Shown here: one piece after another, positions 49,943-58,831 of the stretch
Layout of the letters: the number at the start of each line of letters is the position of its first letter
Position numbering within the stretch: the first letter of the stretch is position 1
Assembly (NCBI GenBank): GCA_937930695.1
Contig: CALHCB010000055.1
Location: forward strand, 4,833-68,832
DNA from: an uncultured Acidimicrobiales bacterium
GTDB taxonomy: Bacteria > Actinomycetota > Acidimicrobiia > Acidimicrobiales > SZUA-35
Direction: 5' to 3'
Length of the DNA: 64,000 nt
Made by a program: the position numbers and the translations under genes
The notes under the pieces: model-generated
Told to the model about the DNA's origin: nothing
What the model saw: only the letters and a program-made list of their open reading frames with translations
Database searches by the model: none

Positions 49943-50761
49943 TCATGACGCAGCAGCTTGTGTTGGATGCATCGAGCGTTCATAGAAGTCGATCAAGCGG
50001 TCAGCGGCATGTTGGGGAACCGACTCTTCAATGGTGGGCCGCAGCTTGCGGAGATCGGCGAGCAGTTGCGATCGACGATCAACTTCACGCAGGTTGTGAC
50101 GATGATGATCACGCACGCCGTTGTTTGAGTATCGGCCGACTCTGTTGTCAAACAGATCGAGCGCGGTCTCGACGAGACCCGGCCACTCGACGACGCAGCG
50201 GACGTGGGCCAGGAGTTCGCGTCCTGCTCGTTCGACGTTTGTTGGCATTCGTCCCGTGTTGTCGCTTGCGAGCTCGTTGACGAACAACAATCGCACCGCT
50301 TCGCTTGCCGCCGACCGGACCTGTGGGCTCGAGTCGAGCGCTCGCTGAGCCAGCATCCGGGTGACGCCCGGCAGGACCTTGGAGGATGCTCCAGAATCGG
50401 TTGGGGCAGGGTCGGTTTTGGCAGCCTCGACGAGCGCAGCGGTTGCGAGGCGGACAGCTTCCTGACGGATGTAGCCGTTGGGGTGAGAGCCGAGAAGCAC
50501 CAGCATGCCGGGGGTTGCAGCAACGGCGTCCTCCGCCGCGGCGACCGCAAGATCAGCCCACGGATTGTTCGCGAGCTGGCGTTGGCGCACGCGATGGTCA
50601 ACTCGTCGAGAGATGCCGTGTTCGAGGAGTCGATCGACTCGGGCCACCGTCTCATTGTGGACGGCGTCATCTCCGGCCGGGTTCTCATCAGCTCGAGCCC
50701 CGAGAATCTCGATCGCCGCCGCCGTCAGTCGAATCGCTTCACTCTTGGCTCCAGCACCCAT
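49943..50761 (-). CDS. Hypothetical helical (HEAT-like) protein
   Basis: HPNGYIRQEAV and ALDSSPQVRSAA segments. Confidence 0.6.
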   Translation of the reverse strand: MGAGAKSEAIRLTAAAIEILGARADENPAGDDAVHNETVARVDRLLEHGISRRVDHRVRQRQLANNPWADLAVAAAEDAVAATPGMLVLLGSHPNGYIRQEAVRLATAALVEAAKTDPAPTDSGASSKVLPGVTRMLAQRALDSSPQVRSAASEAVRLLFVNELASDNTGRMPTNVERAGRELLAHVRCVVEWPGLVETALDLFDNRVGRYSNNGVRDHHRHNLREVDRRSQLLADLRKLRPTIEESVPQHAADRLIDFYERSMHPTQAAAS

Positions 50762-50786
50762 CTGTCGATCCTACGGACCCGCTCGG

Positions 50787-50834
50787 GATTGGTGGACGGA
50801 GACGGTCGTTTCTGGTTGTCTCACTCCACCAATC
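50787..50834 (-). repeat. 48-bp REP-like palindrome
   Basis: GATTGGTGGAC-N26-CTCCACCAATC; loop is the reverse complement of the family consensus. Confidence 0.85.
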
Positions 50835-50873
50835 AACAGATAGATCGTGCCGTTCCGCGGGCACCGTCGATCT

Positions 50874-51599
50874 CTACTCGCCTTCGAACGGCACCGACTC
50901 CGAATGCTCGGCGTCGAGCTCGCACGTCCCGTCGAGGCGGCGGAAGTCTGAGGTTTGCCAGAAGGGATCTCGCCACACGATCGTGGTCTCCCAGACCGTG
51001 TACTCGGTGTCCGCAGGCTCGGTTACACCACCGTTGGCGTCGAGGGTGTCGACCGCATCGAGCACACACTCCACGAGAACCGCCGTGTTGTCGAAGATGT
51101 CGACAGAGATCGGCTGAAGGACAGCGTCTCCTCGAGTTGATCGAGTTGTTGCCTGACTCTCTGAGGCGACGTTCCGAAGTGTCTGCTGAGCCGGCCCGGT
51201 CAGATAGAGCACGTAGTCGGGATCTTCAGGATCAGCTTGGTCGGTGTTCAGCGACCGCAGAATGAGATCCCAATAGATGTGGCCGGTGTGGATGACGTTG
51301 CGCTCTTCGATGCTCCAGTCGCCGAGATCGACGCTGGACGAGCCACCTGGGCTCACTCGCAACGACGGGTCCGCGGCGAGAGAGTCGCTTGCTGGAGACG
51401 TCGCGGTCTCTGTGGTGAGAGCGGTCGGTGCGGGTGATGTCTGTGTCGTCGACGAAGTCGTGCCGTCGTCGCTCGCAGGTGTCGTCGCCGATCCGGGTGA
51501 AGAAACAGATGGCACCGTCGTCGCCGCGGTCTCATCAGAGGCGCTGCAACTTGTGAGGCCCAAGAGGGCAATCACCACGACTCGAACGTCTCGACGCAT
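50874..51599 (-). CDS. Putative lipoprotein with Ser/Thr/Pro-rich linker
   Basis: MRRDVRVVVIALLGLTSC lipobox, S/T-rich stalk, C-terminal domain with two Cys. Confidence 0.72.
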   Translation of the reverse strand: MRRDVRVVVIALLGLTSCSASDETAATTVPSVSSPGSATTPASDDGTTSSTTQTSPAPTALTTETATSPASDSLAADPSLRVSPGGSSSVDLGDWSIEERNVIHTGHIYWDLILRSLNTDQADPEDPDYVLYLTGPAQQTLRNVASESQATTRSTRGDAVLQPISVDIFDNTAVLVECVLDAVDTLDANGGVTEPADTEYTVWETTIVWRDPFWQTSDFRRLDGTCELDAEHSESVPFEGE

Positions 51600-51633
51600 A
51601 GTCAACGGTAGGTCGCTCCGGCTCCCAACACCG

Positions 51634-51681
51634 GATTGGTGGAGCGAGACGGTTGTTTTCGGTCCTCCGGCTCCACCAATC
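51634..51681 (-). repeat. 48-bp REP-like palindrome just downstream of the tRNA
   Basis: GATTGGTGGAG-N26-CTCCACCAATC. Confidence 0.85.
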
Positions 51682-51704
51682 GGAGAGGCGCCGCGAACCA
51701 GTTG

Positions 51705-51790
51705 TGCCCGGGACGGGACTTGAACCCGTACGACCCTTTCGAGTCCGAGGGGTTTAAGCCCTCTGCGTCTGCCAATTCCGCCACCCGGGC
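51705..51790 (-). tRNA. tRNA-Leu(TAA), bldA-type; CCA not encoded
   Basis: Reverse complement has GCCCGGG acceptor stem, TGGCGGAATTGGCAGACGC D-arm, GAGGG-CT-TAA-AC-CCCTC anticodon arm, long variable arm and GGTTCAAGTCC T-arm. Confidence 0.96.
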
Positions 51791-51858
51791 GCTCCAACAT
51801 CGTATGCCGTCCGTCGGCGAGCGCTGAGTACGCTTGCTTGGTGGACGGACCCGAGCCG

Positions 51859-52233
51859 ATGCAGTCTGCGTCGTACGCTGAGATCAATGCGATCACGTTC
51901 GTCGTGACCGACATGGCTGCCTCAGTCGGCTTCTATGAAACCCTCGGCTTCGTCGTTGCGTACGGAGGAGCAGAGACCGCGTTCAGCTCGATGCGGATCG
52001 GCCAGAACTATGTGAACCTGCAACACACCGGGAAGATGCCGGGTCTCGGCTGGGGGAGGGTCGTCTTCCACGTTCCCGATCCAGATGAGATCTTTCGGAT
52101 CGCCGCTGAAGCGGGATACCCGGCCGCCACTGAGCCAGCGGATGCGCCCTGGGGCGAGCGGTACTTCCACATCCATGATCCCGATGGACACGAGCTGAGT
52201 TTCGCCCGGCGCCTCGATTCACACGAAGCGTGA
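51859..52233 (+). CDS. VOC/glyoxalase family protein
   Basis: DMAASVGFYETLGF, PWGERYFHIHDPDGHELSF. Confidence 0.9.
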   Translation: MQSASYAEINAITFVVTDMAASVGFYETLGFVVAYGGAETAFSSMRIGQNYVNLQHTGKMPGLGWGRVVFHVPDPDEIFRIAAEAGYPAATEPADAPWGERYFHIHDPDGHELSFARRLDSHEA

Positions 52234-53264
52234 CCGGTCGTTGGTTGGCAGTCCTGTGCGTGGCCTGCGTCACCCTTTCGGCCTGTGTCACTGACGCCGC
52301 TGATTCCGATGTTGCCGGTGCTGAGTTGGCAGACGGTTTCACGCTCGGTGTTTTCGCTGAAGGACTCGTCGGCCCAACGCAATTCGAGATGCTCGATGAT
52401 GATCGTCTGCTGATCGCCGAGATCGGAGACGAAGAAAATGGCGAGCAGGGCAGGGTGTCCGTTCTCGATCTGATGACCCGGGCCGATGAGTCCGGAGGCA
52501 ACGCGCGATTCGAAGCCACCGTGCTCGTCGACGATCTCGACAAGCCAACCGGTGTAGCGGTCTTCGACAATCGGCTCTGGGTGATGGAGCGCAACCAGCT
52601 CTCCGTCGGTTCGCTCGATGGCGGACCGCTCGAGGTGGTGGTGGCAGAGATGCCATTCAACGGTCGCTCACAAGGCACGTTGACGGCGACACCCGATGGG
52701 GCGCTGTTGTACAACACGTCTGGCCGGCTCTCGGGCGGCGAACCACAAGAGGGCTCCGGGCTGTTGTTTTCGATCTCCGCGGACGGGGACTCGTCAATCG
52801 TGGCTTCGGGTCTCAAACACGGCTACGCCCACACGTTCGACGCAGAAGGCCAACTCTGGGTGACGGAGCTGTCTGACGGAGAGTTCGACGGATCTCCAGC
52901 CGAGGACGAGCTCGTTCCGGTGGCGATCGGCGACGATCTCGGCTGGCCGCGATGCGTTGGCGACAACCGGCCGGTGGCCGAGTTCGGTGGCGACGTGGCG
53001 GCCTGTGCCTCGATCCCATCTTCTCTGGCAACCTTTGGGCCTCAGGCAACACCGACATCAGTGGTCGTTGCCCCCTGGGACGATTCGGTGCTCGTCGTGG
53101 CGCTGTGGGTCCGAGGCTCCGTCGTCGCCGTCGATCGTTCCGGAGCGGTCACAGACCTTGCGAGTGGCCTCGATCGACCACAACATCTCGTCGTCGACGG
53201 CTCTCGTGTACTCATCAGTGAATACGGAACAGGCCGTATTCTGGCGCTGGAGTCCGAGAACTAG
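52230..53264 (+). CDS. Glucose/sorbosone dehydrogenase-like beta-propeller lipoprotein
   Basis: Lipobox LSAC; propeller repeats; ASGLK, DLGWPRC, PTSV. Confidence 0.75.
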   Translation: MTGRWLAVLCVACVTLSACVTDAADSDVAGAELADGFTLGVFAEGLVGPTQFEMLDDDRLLIAEIGDEENGEQGRVSVLDLMTRADESGGNARFEATVLVDDLDKPTGVAVFDNRLWVMERNQLSVGSLDGGPLEVVVAEMPFNGRSQGTLTATPDGALLYNTSGRLSGGEPQEGSGLLFSISADGDSSIVASGLKHGYAHTFDAEGQLWVTELSDGEFDGSPAEDELVPVAIGDDLGWPRCVGDNRPVAEFGGDVAACASIPSSLATFGPQATPTSVVVAPWDDSVLVVALWVRGSVVAVDRSGAVTDLASGLDRPQHLVVDGSRVLISEYGTGRILALESEN

Positions 53265-53515
53265 TTCTTAGACAGATCGTCACGGTGGGCTTCCCAGCCC
53301 GGCCAACCCGATTGATGGTGGCAATCACAGGCGCAGGTGAAACCTTCTTCGTCTTCGAGACCAGCCCACCAACCAGGGCACCCCACGTGTCTTGGTGGCT
53401 TGCTTCTGCCATCGGGCGTGCTCTGTGGCTGACATCGAGTTCCCCGGATCGATTGATCAGAGAATGCGGCGACAGGCGGCCGGAAGTTCTCCTGATCTCT
53501 CCGTGATTCGGTCAT
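53261..53515 (-). CDS. Putative small Cys/His-rich protein (84 aa)
   Basis: C...HVGCPG...CACDCHH; fills the gap; preceded by the shared palindromic box. Confidence 0.5.
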   Translation of the reverse strand: MTESRRDQENFRPPVAAFSDQSIRGTRCQPQSTPDGRSKPPRHVGCPGWWAGLEDEEGFTCACDCHHQSGWPGWEAHRDDLSKN

Positions 53516-53550
53516 GCTCTTTCATCGGCTTGTTGAGCCGTCCGGGCGTA

Positions 53551-53565
53551 TGGGTAGAACTACCT
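53551..53565. promoter_or_regulatory. Palindromic box TGGGTAGAACTACCT
   Basis: Identical to 26892-26906; intergenic, upstream of a minus-strand ORF. Confidence 0.55.
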
Positions 53566-53597
53566 CCAGACCAAGGTGGGCGGTCGATGCGAGCGAC

Positions 53598-55040
53598 TCA
53601 ACCGAAGTCTTCGGGCCACAGCAGCGTGTCGGTGTGAAATTGACTCCAAGCGAACCAGAACGCCTGATGGCCGCCGGCATCTGTGCCATCGGTGCGGGTG
53701 GCTCGCAGTCCGGCTCCTTCGAGTTGAATCGTCAGATCTTCGACCTCGATCGTTCCTCCGGATGCGAGGATCTCGCCCGCGCTGGCGACATGCACGGCAA
53801 TTGGCGTTCCCGATCCAGTGATCAGCCCGAGTACTTGCTCTTGAGCAGGCAGACGGACATCGACGTCGCCGATCGGGAAGATCGGGCCATTGGCGTCTCG
53901 ATCTCCCAGCGGGTCATCGGGATAGCTGCGGCCGATGCCGCCGTCTTCGGCCACGATCGTGGTGTTTGGGTGGGCAAGCTTCCAATCGCCCCATGTGCTG
54001 GTGATGACCGAGATCTGCTCGAACTGAACACCTGCTTGGAGCAAGGGTCCTGAGGTTGCGTTGCCGAGAAAGGTGTCGACAAAGGATCGGGTGTTGAGCT
54101 CGAACATCATCTTGTTCGAGCGGATCAGAAGACCCGACGTCCGGAATACCGGCTGCTCGAATCCTTCGAGCGTGTCCGTGTAATACGCCTGGGCTGAACC
54201 GCAAAGCGTGCAGTACGGAACGGCGATTCTACGGCCACCGAGGTCGTCGTTGATCATTTCGTGAACTTCCATGATGTTCTTCGGGTATGCCCGAGCTTCG
54301 CCGTCGACGACGACGCCGAACACCACTCGCTCATCAGGGAACCAATCGCCACCGTCGGCATCGGTGACAGCCGGATCGTCCAGAGCCGGTATGCAGCCAC
54401 GAGAACAGGGGTCGGGGTTTCCGAGTGGTCGTTCATCGATCAACACCCCACCCCAGCTGACGTGGCGCCAGTCGATGTCCGCATCGGCGTCGAAGAGCGG
54501 ATCCCAGCGACGCTCCACGGTGAGGAAGATCTCGCGCTTGAAGTCGAGATACCCGGGAGGGGCCGGCAGATCCCACGCGATGAGGTGATTCGTCGCCGAG
54601 CTCCAGGGGCTGCCGTCATCGATGTCTGCGCCAGTGAGGTCCTCAAATGCGGCGGCCAGCCCAAGACTGGAGGCGTCGCTTCCCTGGAAGAACCGGAGCA
54701 AATCGGCCAAGATCCAAGCCAGTCGACCATCGCCACTATCGACGATGGTCTCGATCTCGACGCCAAATCTCCCGCCGAACAGCCCGGAGATCAGACGATT
54801 GGTCGCTTCGACGACCTCGGGGTCCAGGTCACCTTCCTGAAAAGCTGGTGCTGGTCCGAAGTCGATCTCCTCGCCTTGCGGGAGAGGGTCGAGGTCTGCG
54901 GTGTCCAGAGCTTCAGACGACGTTGCATCGACAGCGTCTGGAGTAACGGCAAGCCCATCGTTGCTCACCTCGTCGCCAGAAGAGCACGCCGAGGCCACCA
55001 GGGTGATTGCCGCGATCAGAGGCACTACACGTCGATTCAT
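53598..55040 (-). CDS. DUF3179 domain lipoprotein
   Basis: Lipobox ASAC; IPALDDP, ARAYP, HEMIND, YCTLCGS, SGLL..SN, FWFAW. Confidence 0.85.
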   Translation of the reverse strand: MNRRVVPLIAAITLVASACSSGDEVSNDGLAVTPDAVDATSSEALDTADLDPLPQGEEIDFGPAPAFQEGDLDPEVVEATNRLISGLFGGRFGVEIETIVDSGDGRLAWILADLLRFFQGSDASSLGLAAAFEDLTGADIDDGSPWSSATNHLIAWDLPAPPGYLDFKREIFLTVERRWDPLFDADADIDWRHVSWGGVLIDERPLGNPDPCSRGCIPALDDPAVTDADGGDWFPDERVVFGVVVDGEARAYPKNIMEVHEMINDDLGGRRIAVPYCTLCGSAQAYYTDTLEGFEQPVFRTSGLLIRSNKMMFELNTRSFVDTFLGNATSGPLLQAGVQFEQISVITSTWGDWKLAHPNTTIVAEDGGIGRSYPDDPLGDRDANGPIFPIGDVDVRLPAQEQVLGLITGSGTPIAVHVASAGEILASGGTIEVEDLTIQLEGAGLRATRTDGTDAGGHQAFWFAWSQFHTDTLLWPEDFG

Positions 55041-55220
55041 GGGTTGGTGAACCGTGCTGACGTCCGATCCGTTCCCGAGCCTGGCGACTTCCTTGCTTGT
55101 TCATCTGATTTCGCGTTGGCGCATGGTGGCCTCAGTGGCCGATTGGGGGCCGCAGAACCCACGCGGAGTAGGTAGATGGAACGTTGCGCGTTGAGCGATC
55201 GCGGGCGACGATGGCACGCT

Positions 55221-56765
55221 ATGTCGAGCAACATCTTCACCAGTCCTCTCCCGGATGTCGAAATTCCGGACGTTCCGCTCACCGAGTACGTGTTCGGCGG
55301 CTCTTCTGAATGGGCTGATCGCCCAGCGATGATCGATGGCACTGATGGTCGATCGTTCACCTTTGCTGAGATGGTCGACCGGATTCACCGACTGGCGGGA
55401 GGTTTGGCCGCACGCGGATTCGGCCCGGGTGGGACGCTGGCGCTCATGGCGCCGAATATGCCTGAGTACGCATGGGTCTTTCACGCGGCGGGTGTCTGCG
55501 GAGCCACGGTCACGACCATCAACCCGACCTACGGTGCTGAAGAGGTTCGTTTCCAGCTGAACGATGCGGGAGCGACGTTGCTCATCACCGTCCCGGATTT
55601 CATCGGTGCAGCGACTGAGGCACTCGACGGCAGCCCTGCGGACGAGGTCATCACGATTGGCAGTCCTGAGTTCGAGGCGCTGTTCGCAGATCCTCTCGAG
55701 CAAGTGGCGTTGAACCCGGCCGACGATGTGATCGTGTTGCCCTACTCCTCGGGCACGACCGGTCTGCCGAAGGGTGTGATGCTCACCCATCGAAATCTGG
55801 TGGCAAACCTCGCCCAGTCAAAGCCGATGATGCAGTACGGCGACAATGAGGTCGCGTTGGCCGTGCTCCCGTTCTTCCACATCTACGGCATGCAGGTCTT
55901 GATGAATGGTCTGCTGGCCGAAGGCATCACGGTGGTGACCATGCCTCGATTCGAGCTCGAAAAGGGGCTCGAATTGATGCAGGAGCACGCCGTGACCCGG
56001 TTCTTCGCTGTTCCCCCGATCGTTCTTGGGTTGGCGAAGCACCCTGCTGTCGAGAACTATGACCTCTCCAGCCTGCGATCGATCTTCTCCGGTGCTGCAC
56101 CGCTCGGTGGAGAACTTGGTGAGGAGGCGTCGAACCGCGTTGGTTGTCCGATCGTCCAGGGCTATGGCATGACCGAGCTCAGCCCGATCAGCCACGCCAC
56201 GGTCGGGGATCAGTACAAGTCCGGCTCCAACGGATTCGCCGCGCCGAACACCGAAGTGCGAGTGATCGACGACGAGGGCAACGATTTGGGAGTTGGCGAA
56301 GCTGGCGAGCTATTGATTCGTGGCCCGCAGGTCATGAAGGGCTATCTCAACAACGCTGACGCCACCGCAGAGACGATCGACGATGATGGTTGGCTGCACA
56401 CTGGCGACGTAGCCGTGGTCGATGACGAAGACCACATGTTCATCGTCGATCGTGTCAAAGAGCTCATCAAATTCAAGGGTTTCCAGGTTGCGCCAGCGGA
56501 ACTCGAAGCGCTCATCGTGCAACACCCAGCAGTGGCCGACGTTGCAGTGATCGGGATCCCGGAGATCGAGGCAGGTGAGCTGCCGAAGGCATTCGTTGTC
56601 TTGAAGCCAGGGGTGGAAGCCACCGCCGAGGAGCTCCAAGCGTTCGTCAAGGCAGAGGTTGCGAGCTACAAGCAGATCAGACTCGTCGAGTTCGTCGAGG
56701 AGATCCCGAAGTCGGCATCCGGCAAAATTCTTCGCCGGTTCCTGCGCGACCAGAGCTCGGACTGA
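55221..56765 (+). CDS. 4-coumarate-CoA ligase family AMP-binding protein
   Basis: PYSSGTTGLPKGV, LPFFHIYG, QGYGMTE, LHTGD, DRVKELIK.KG.QVAPAELE, GKILRR. Confidence 0.93.
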   Translation: MSSNIFTSPLPDVEIPDVPLTEYVFGGSSEWADRPAMIDGTDGRSFTFAEMVDRIHRLAGGLAARGFGPGGTLALMAPNMPEYAWVFHAAGVCGATVTTINPTYGAEEVRFQLNDAGATLLITVPDFIGAATEALDGSPADEVITIGSPEFEALFADPLEQVALNPADDVIVLPYSSGTTGLPKGVMLTHRNLVANLAQSKPMMQYGDNEVALAVLPFFHIYGMQVLMNGLLAEGITVVTMPRFELEKGLELMQEHAVTRFFAVPPIVLGLAKHPAVENYDLSSLRSIFSGAAPLGGELGEEASNRVGCPIVQGYGMTELSPISHATVGDQYKSGSNGFAAPNTEVRVIDDEGNDLGVGEAGELLIRGPQVMKGYLNNADATAETIDDDGWLHTGDVAVVDDEDHMFIVDRVKELIKFKGFQVAPAELEALIVQHPAVADVAVIGIPEIEAGELPKAFVVLKPGVEATAEELQAFVKAEVASYKQIRLVEFVEEIPKSASGKILRRFLRDQSSD

Positions 56766-56783
56766 ATCCGTCGGGAGCAACCC

Positions 56784-58088
56784 ATGAAGACAATCGTCAT
56801 AGGCGCTGGTACCGCAGGGTGCCTGGTCGCCCGACGGCTGTCTGATGCGGGCGATGATGTCGTTCTGATCGAGGCGGGTAGCGGGGAACCGTTCCCGCCA
56901 TCGATCAGGACACCAAACTGGCTCGGTGCGCAGAGTGAGCCTGGCTGGCACTGGCCAAAGCTCACCGCAACACGAACCTCCGCAAGCTTGCCGACTCCGT
57001 ATCTCCGGGGACGCGGTCTCGGCGGGAGCTCTTCAATCAACGGAATGCTGACGACGTTTGGTCCGATTGCGGACTACGAGGCCTGGCCGATCTCGGGCGT
57101 CCGCGCCGCGATCGAGCGGGTGAGCAACGACAACCCCACGGTCCGCATCGAACCCGGGGCGTTTTCGACGATGGTCTGCGAACGACTCGACGACGCAGGC
57201 TGGTCCGTTGGCCCGGCGCCGCTCGCCCTCTCTGAGTCATCGTCCGGATTGGTTCGACGCTCGAGTACTCGCTATCTCGAAGGGGCTCCAAGCATTGAGG
57301 TCCTGCCGAATGTCGAAGTGGATCGGCTGATCCTTGGCCCCGCCGGGGTGCAAGAGGTCGAGTTCGCGTCTGGTGAGCGCTGCGACGGTGACCGGGTTGT
57401 CCTTTGCGCAGGAGCCATTGCAACGCCGGTGTTGCTGCTCAACTCGGGAATTCGTTCTGATGAGATCGGTCGCGGCGCCGCAGACCACCCATCAATCGCC
57501 GTGACCTACTCGCTGGACGGTGGTGCTGTTGCCTCCGGCCCCGCTCACGGAGCACCCCCGATCAGCATGGTGGCCGAGCGTGAAGGCGTGCAGGTGCTCG
57601 TGATGGACCACATCGGGACCCGGGTCGACGATCAAGGCCTCGGCGTCATCACCATCGCCCTGCTCGACCCAGACTCCTCAGGGTCGATAGGGATCGATCG
57701 GCAAGGCCAGCCCCTCGTCGATCTCAACATGCTCTCGGCCGGAGACGACCGGCGTCGCCTTGTTGGCGTATGCCGAGAGGTGATCGGCCTCGTCGAGGAC
57801 GTCCCTCACGTTCGTTGCCTCGAACCGATTCCCGACGGTGCCACGGAGGCGTCCGAGTGGGTCGATGCTCACCTCGGTCCATATTCCCACGTCGCATCGA
57901 GCTGTGGGCTTGGTCGGGCTCTCGATAGTGCGGGAAACGTCCATGGTGTTGCTGGTTTGAGGGTCATCGACAGTTCGGCGTTGCCCCACCTTCCGCGGAC
58001 GAATCCGATGCTCCCGACGCTTGTTCTGGCCGAAGCGCTGGCGGGTGTCGCATGCGAGCCCAACGACAGGCCATCATCAGGGCCGTGA
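56784..58088 (+). CDS. GMC family oxidoreductase
   Basis: GAGTAG, RGRGLGGSSSING, CAGAIATP.LL..SG, H, VIDSS..P..P..NP. Confidence 0.88.
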   Translation: MKTIVIGAGTAGCLVARRLSDAGDDVVLIEAGSGEPFPPSIRTPNWLGAQSEPGWHWPKLTATRTSASLPTPYLRGRGLGGSSSINGMLTTFGPIADYEAWPISGVRAAIERVSNDNPTVRIEPGAFSTMVCERLDDAGWSVGPAPLALSESSSGLVRRSSTRYLEGAPSIEVLPNVEVDRLILGPAGVQEVEFASGERCDGDRVVLCAGAIATPVLLLNSGIRSDEIGRGAADHPSIAVTYSLDGGAVASGPAHGAPPISMVAEREGVQVLVMDHIGTRVDDQGLGVITIALLDPDSSGSIGIDRQGQPLVDLNMLSAGDDRRRLVGVCREVIGLVEDVPHVRCLEPIPDGATEASEWVDAHLGPYSHVASSCGLGRALDSAGNVHGVAGLRVIDSSALPHLPRTNPMLPTLVLAEALAGVACEPNDRPSSGP

Positions 58089-58831
58089 CGAATTCTCCGC
58101 CGATTACCATCGTGGCCATTCATGGAAACGGCGGTGGTGGGTTCCGGTGGGATCGAATACCGCAGCCGGTTGCGGCAGGTGTGGTTCTTCGGGGGCCGTC
58201 GCTGCCGGGCTTCAGCGGCCGCCCTCTGCCTGCGGGCAAGACCACGATGACGACGTTCACCGATGCGGTGATCGAGGAACTCGAGAGTGTTCAGAGTCCG
58301 CGGATTCTCTTGGGACACGGCATCGGCGGGGCGATCACGATTGACGTCGTCGCTCAGCGTCCTGATCTGGTTGACGGCTTGATTCTTCACGCCCCTGTCG
58401 CGGCCAACCTGGAGAGTCGTTTGTTCCCGAAGGTCATGCAATCAATGTTCATTCGACGCGCTGCGAAGCGAATCATCAGCTCGTGGCCGATGCGCAAGGT
58501 GGCGAGTCGCCTGATCTTTGCGAAGGCGCCCCAGCCATACGTCGAGCGTTTTCTGGCTGAGTATCGCCGAGCCGATGCCTTCGAAGTGATGTTCGATTTG
58601 CTCACGGCGGGGTGGTACGAAAGCTTGCCAGTGTTGACGGTTCCCTCAGTCGTTCTCTGGGGTGAGAAGGATCGGGTGCTCCAAGTTGAACAAGCCGAGG
58701 CCGTGGAGAAGAAGCTGGCCGATGTGTCACGACACATCGAGCCGTCCTGGGGCCACTATCCGATGATCGAGCAGCCTGAGGACTATGCGCGAGCATTGGC
58801 CGTCGTCGCACGGGACTTGATCGACAGGTGA
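58085..58831 (+). CDS. Alpha/beta hydrolase-fold protein lacking the nucleophile Ser
   Basis: IHGNGG, LPGF, GHGIGG (Gly at the Ser position), WGEKD, GHYPMIEQP. Confidence 0.8.
   Translation: MTNSPPITIVAIHGNGGGGFRWDRIPQPVAAGVVLRGPSLPGFSGRPLPAGKTTMTTFTDAVIEELESVQSPRILLGHGIGGAITIDVVAQRPDLVDGLILHAPVAANLESRLFPKVMQSMFIRRAAKRIISSWPMRKVASRLIFAKAPQPYVERFLAEYRRADAFEVMFDLLTAGWYESLPVLTVPSVVLWGEKDRVLQVEQAEAVEKKLADVSRHIEPSWGHYPMIEQPEDYARALAVVARDLIDR

Noticed and set aside
51705-51790. tRNA as the attachment site of an integrated element
   Set aside because: No integrase and no duplicated tRNA 3' end seen in the window
50874-51914. 346-aa ORF-track version of the lipoprotein
   Set aside because: The extension runs through the tRNA and a REP; the lipobox supports a start at 51599
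53598-55040. DUF3179 protein as a selenoprotein
   Set aside because: The CxxC motif is encoded by Cys codons and there is no in-frame UGA
56784-58088. GMC oxidoreductase as mycofactocin MftG
   Set aside because: No mftA-F genes nearby; motifs support only the GMC family
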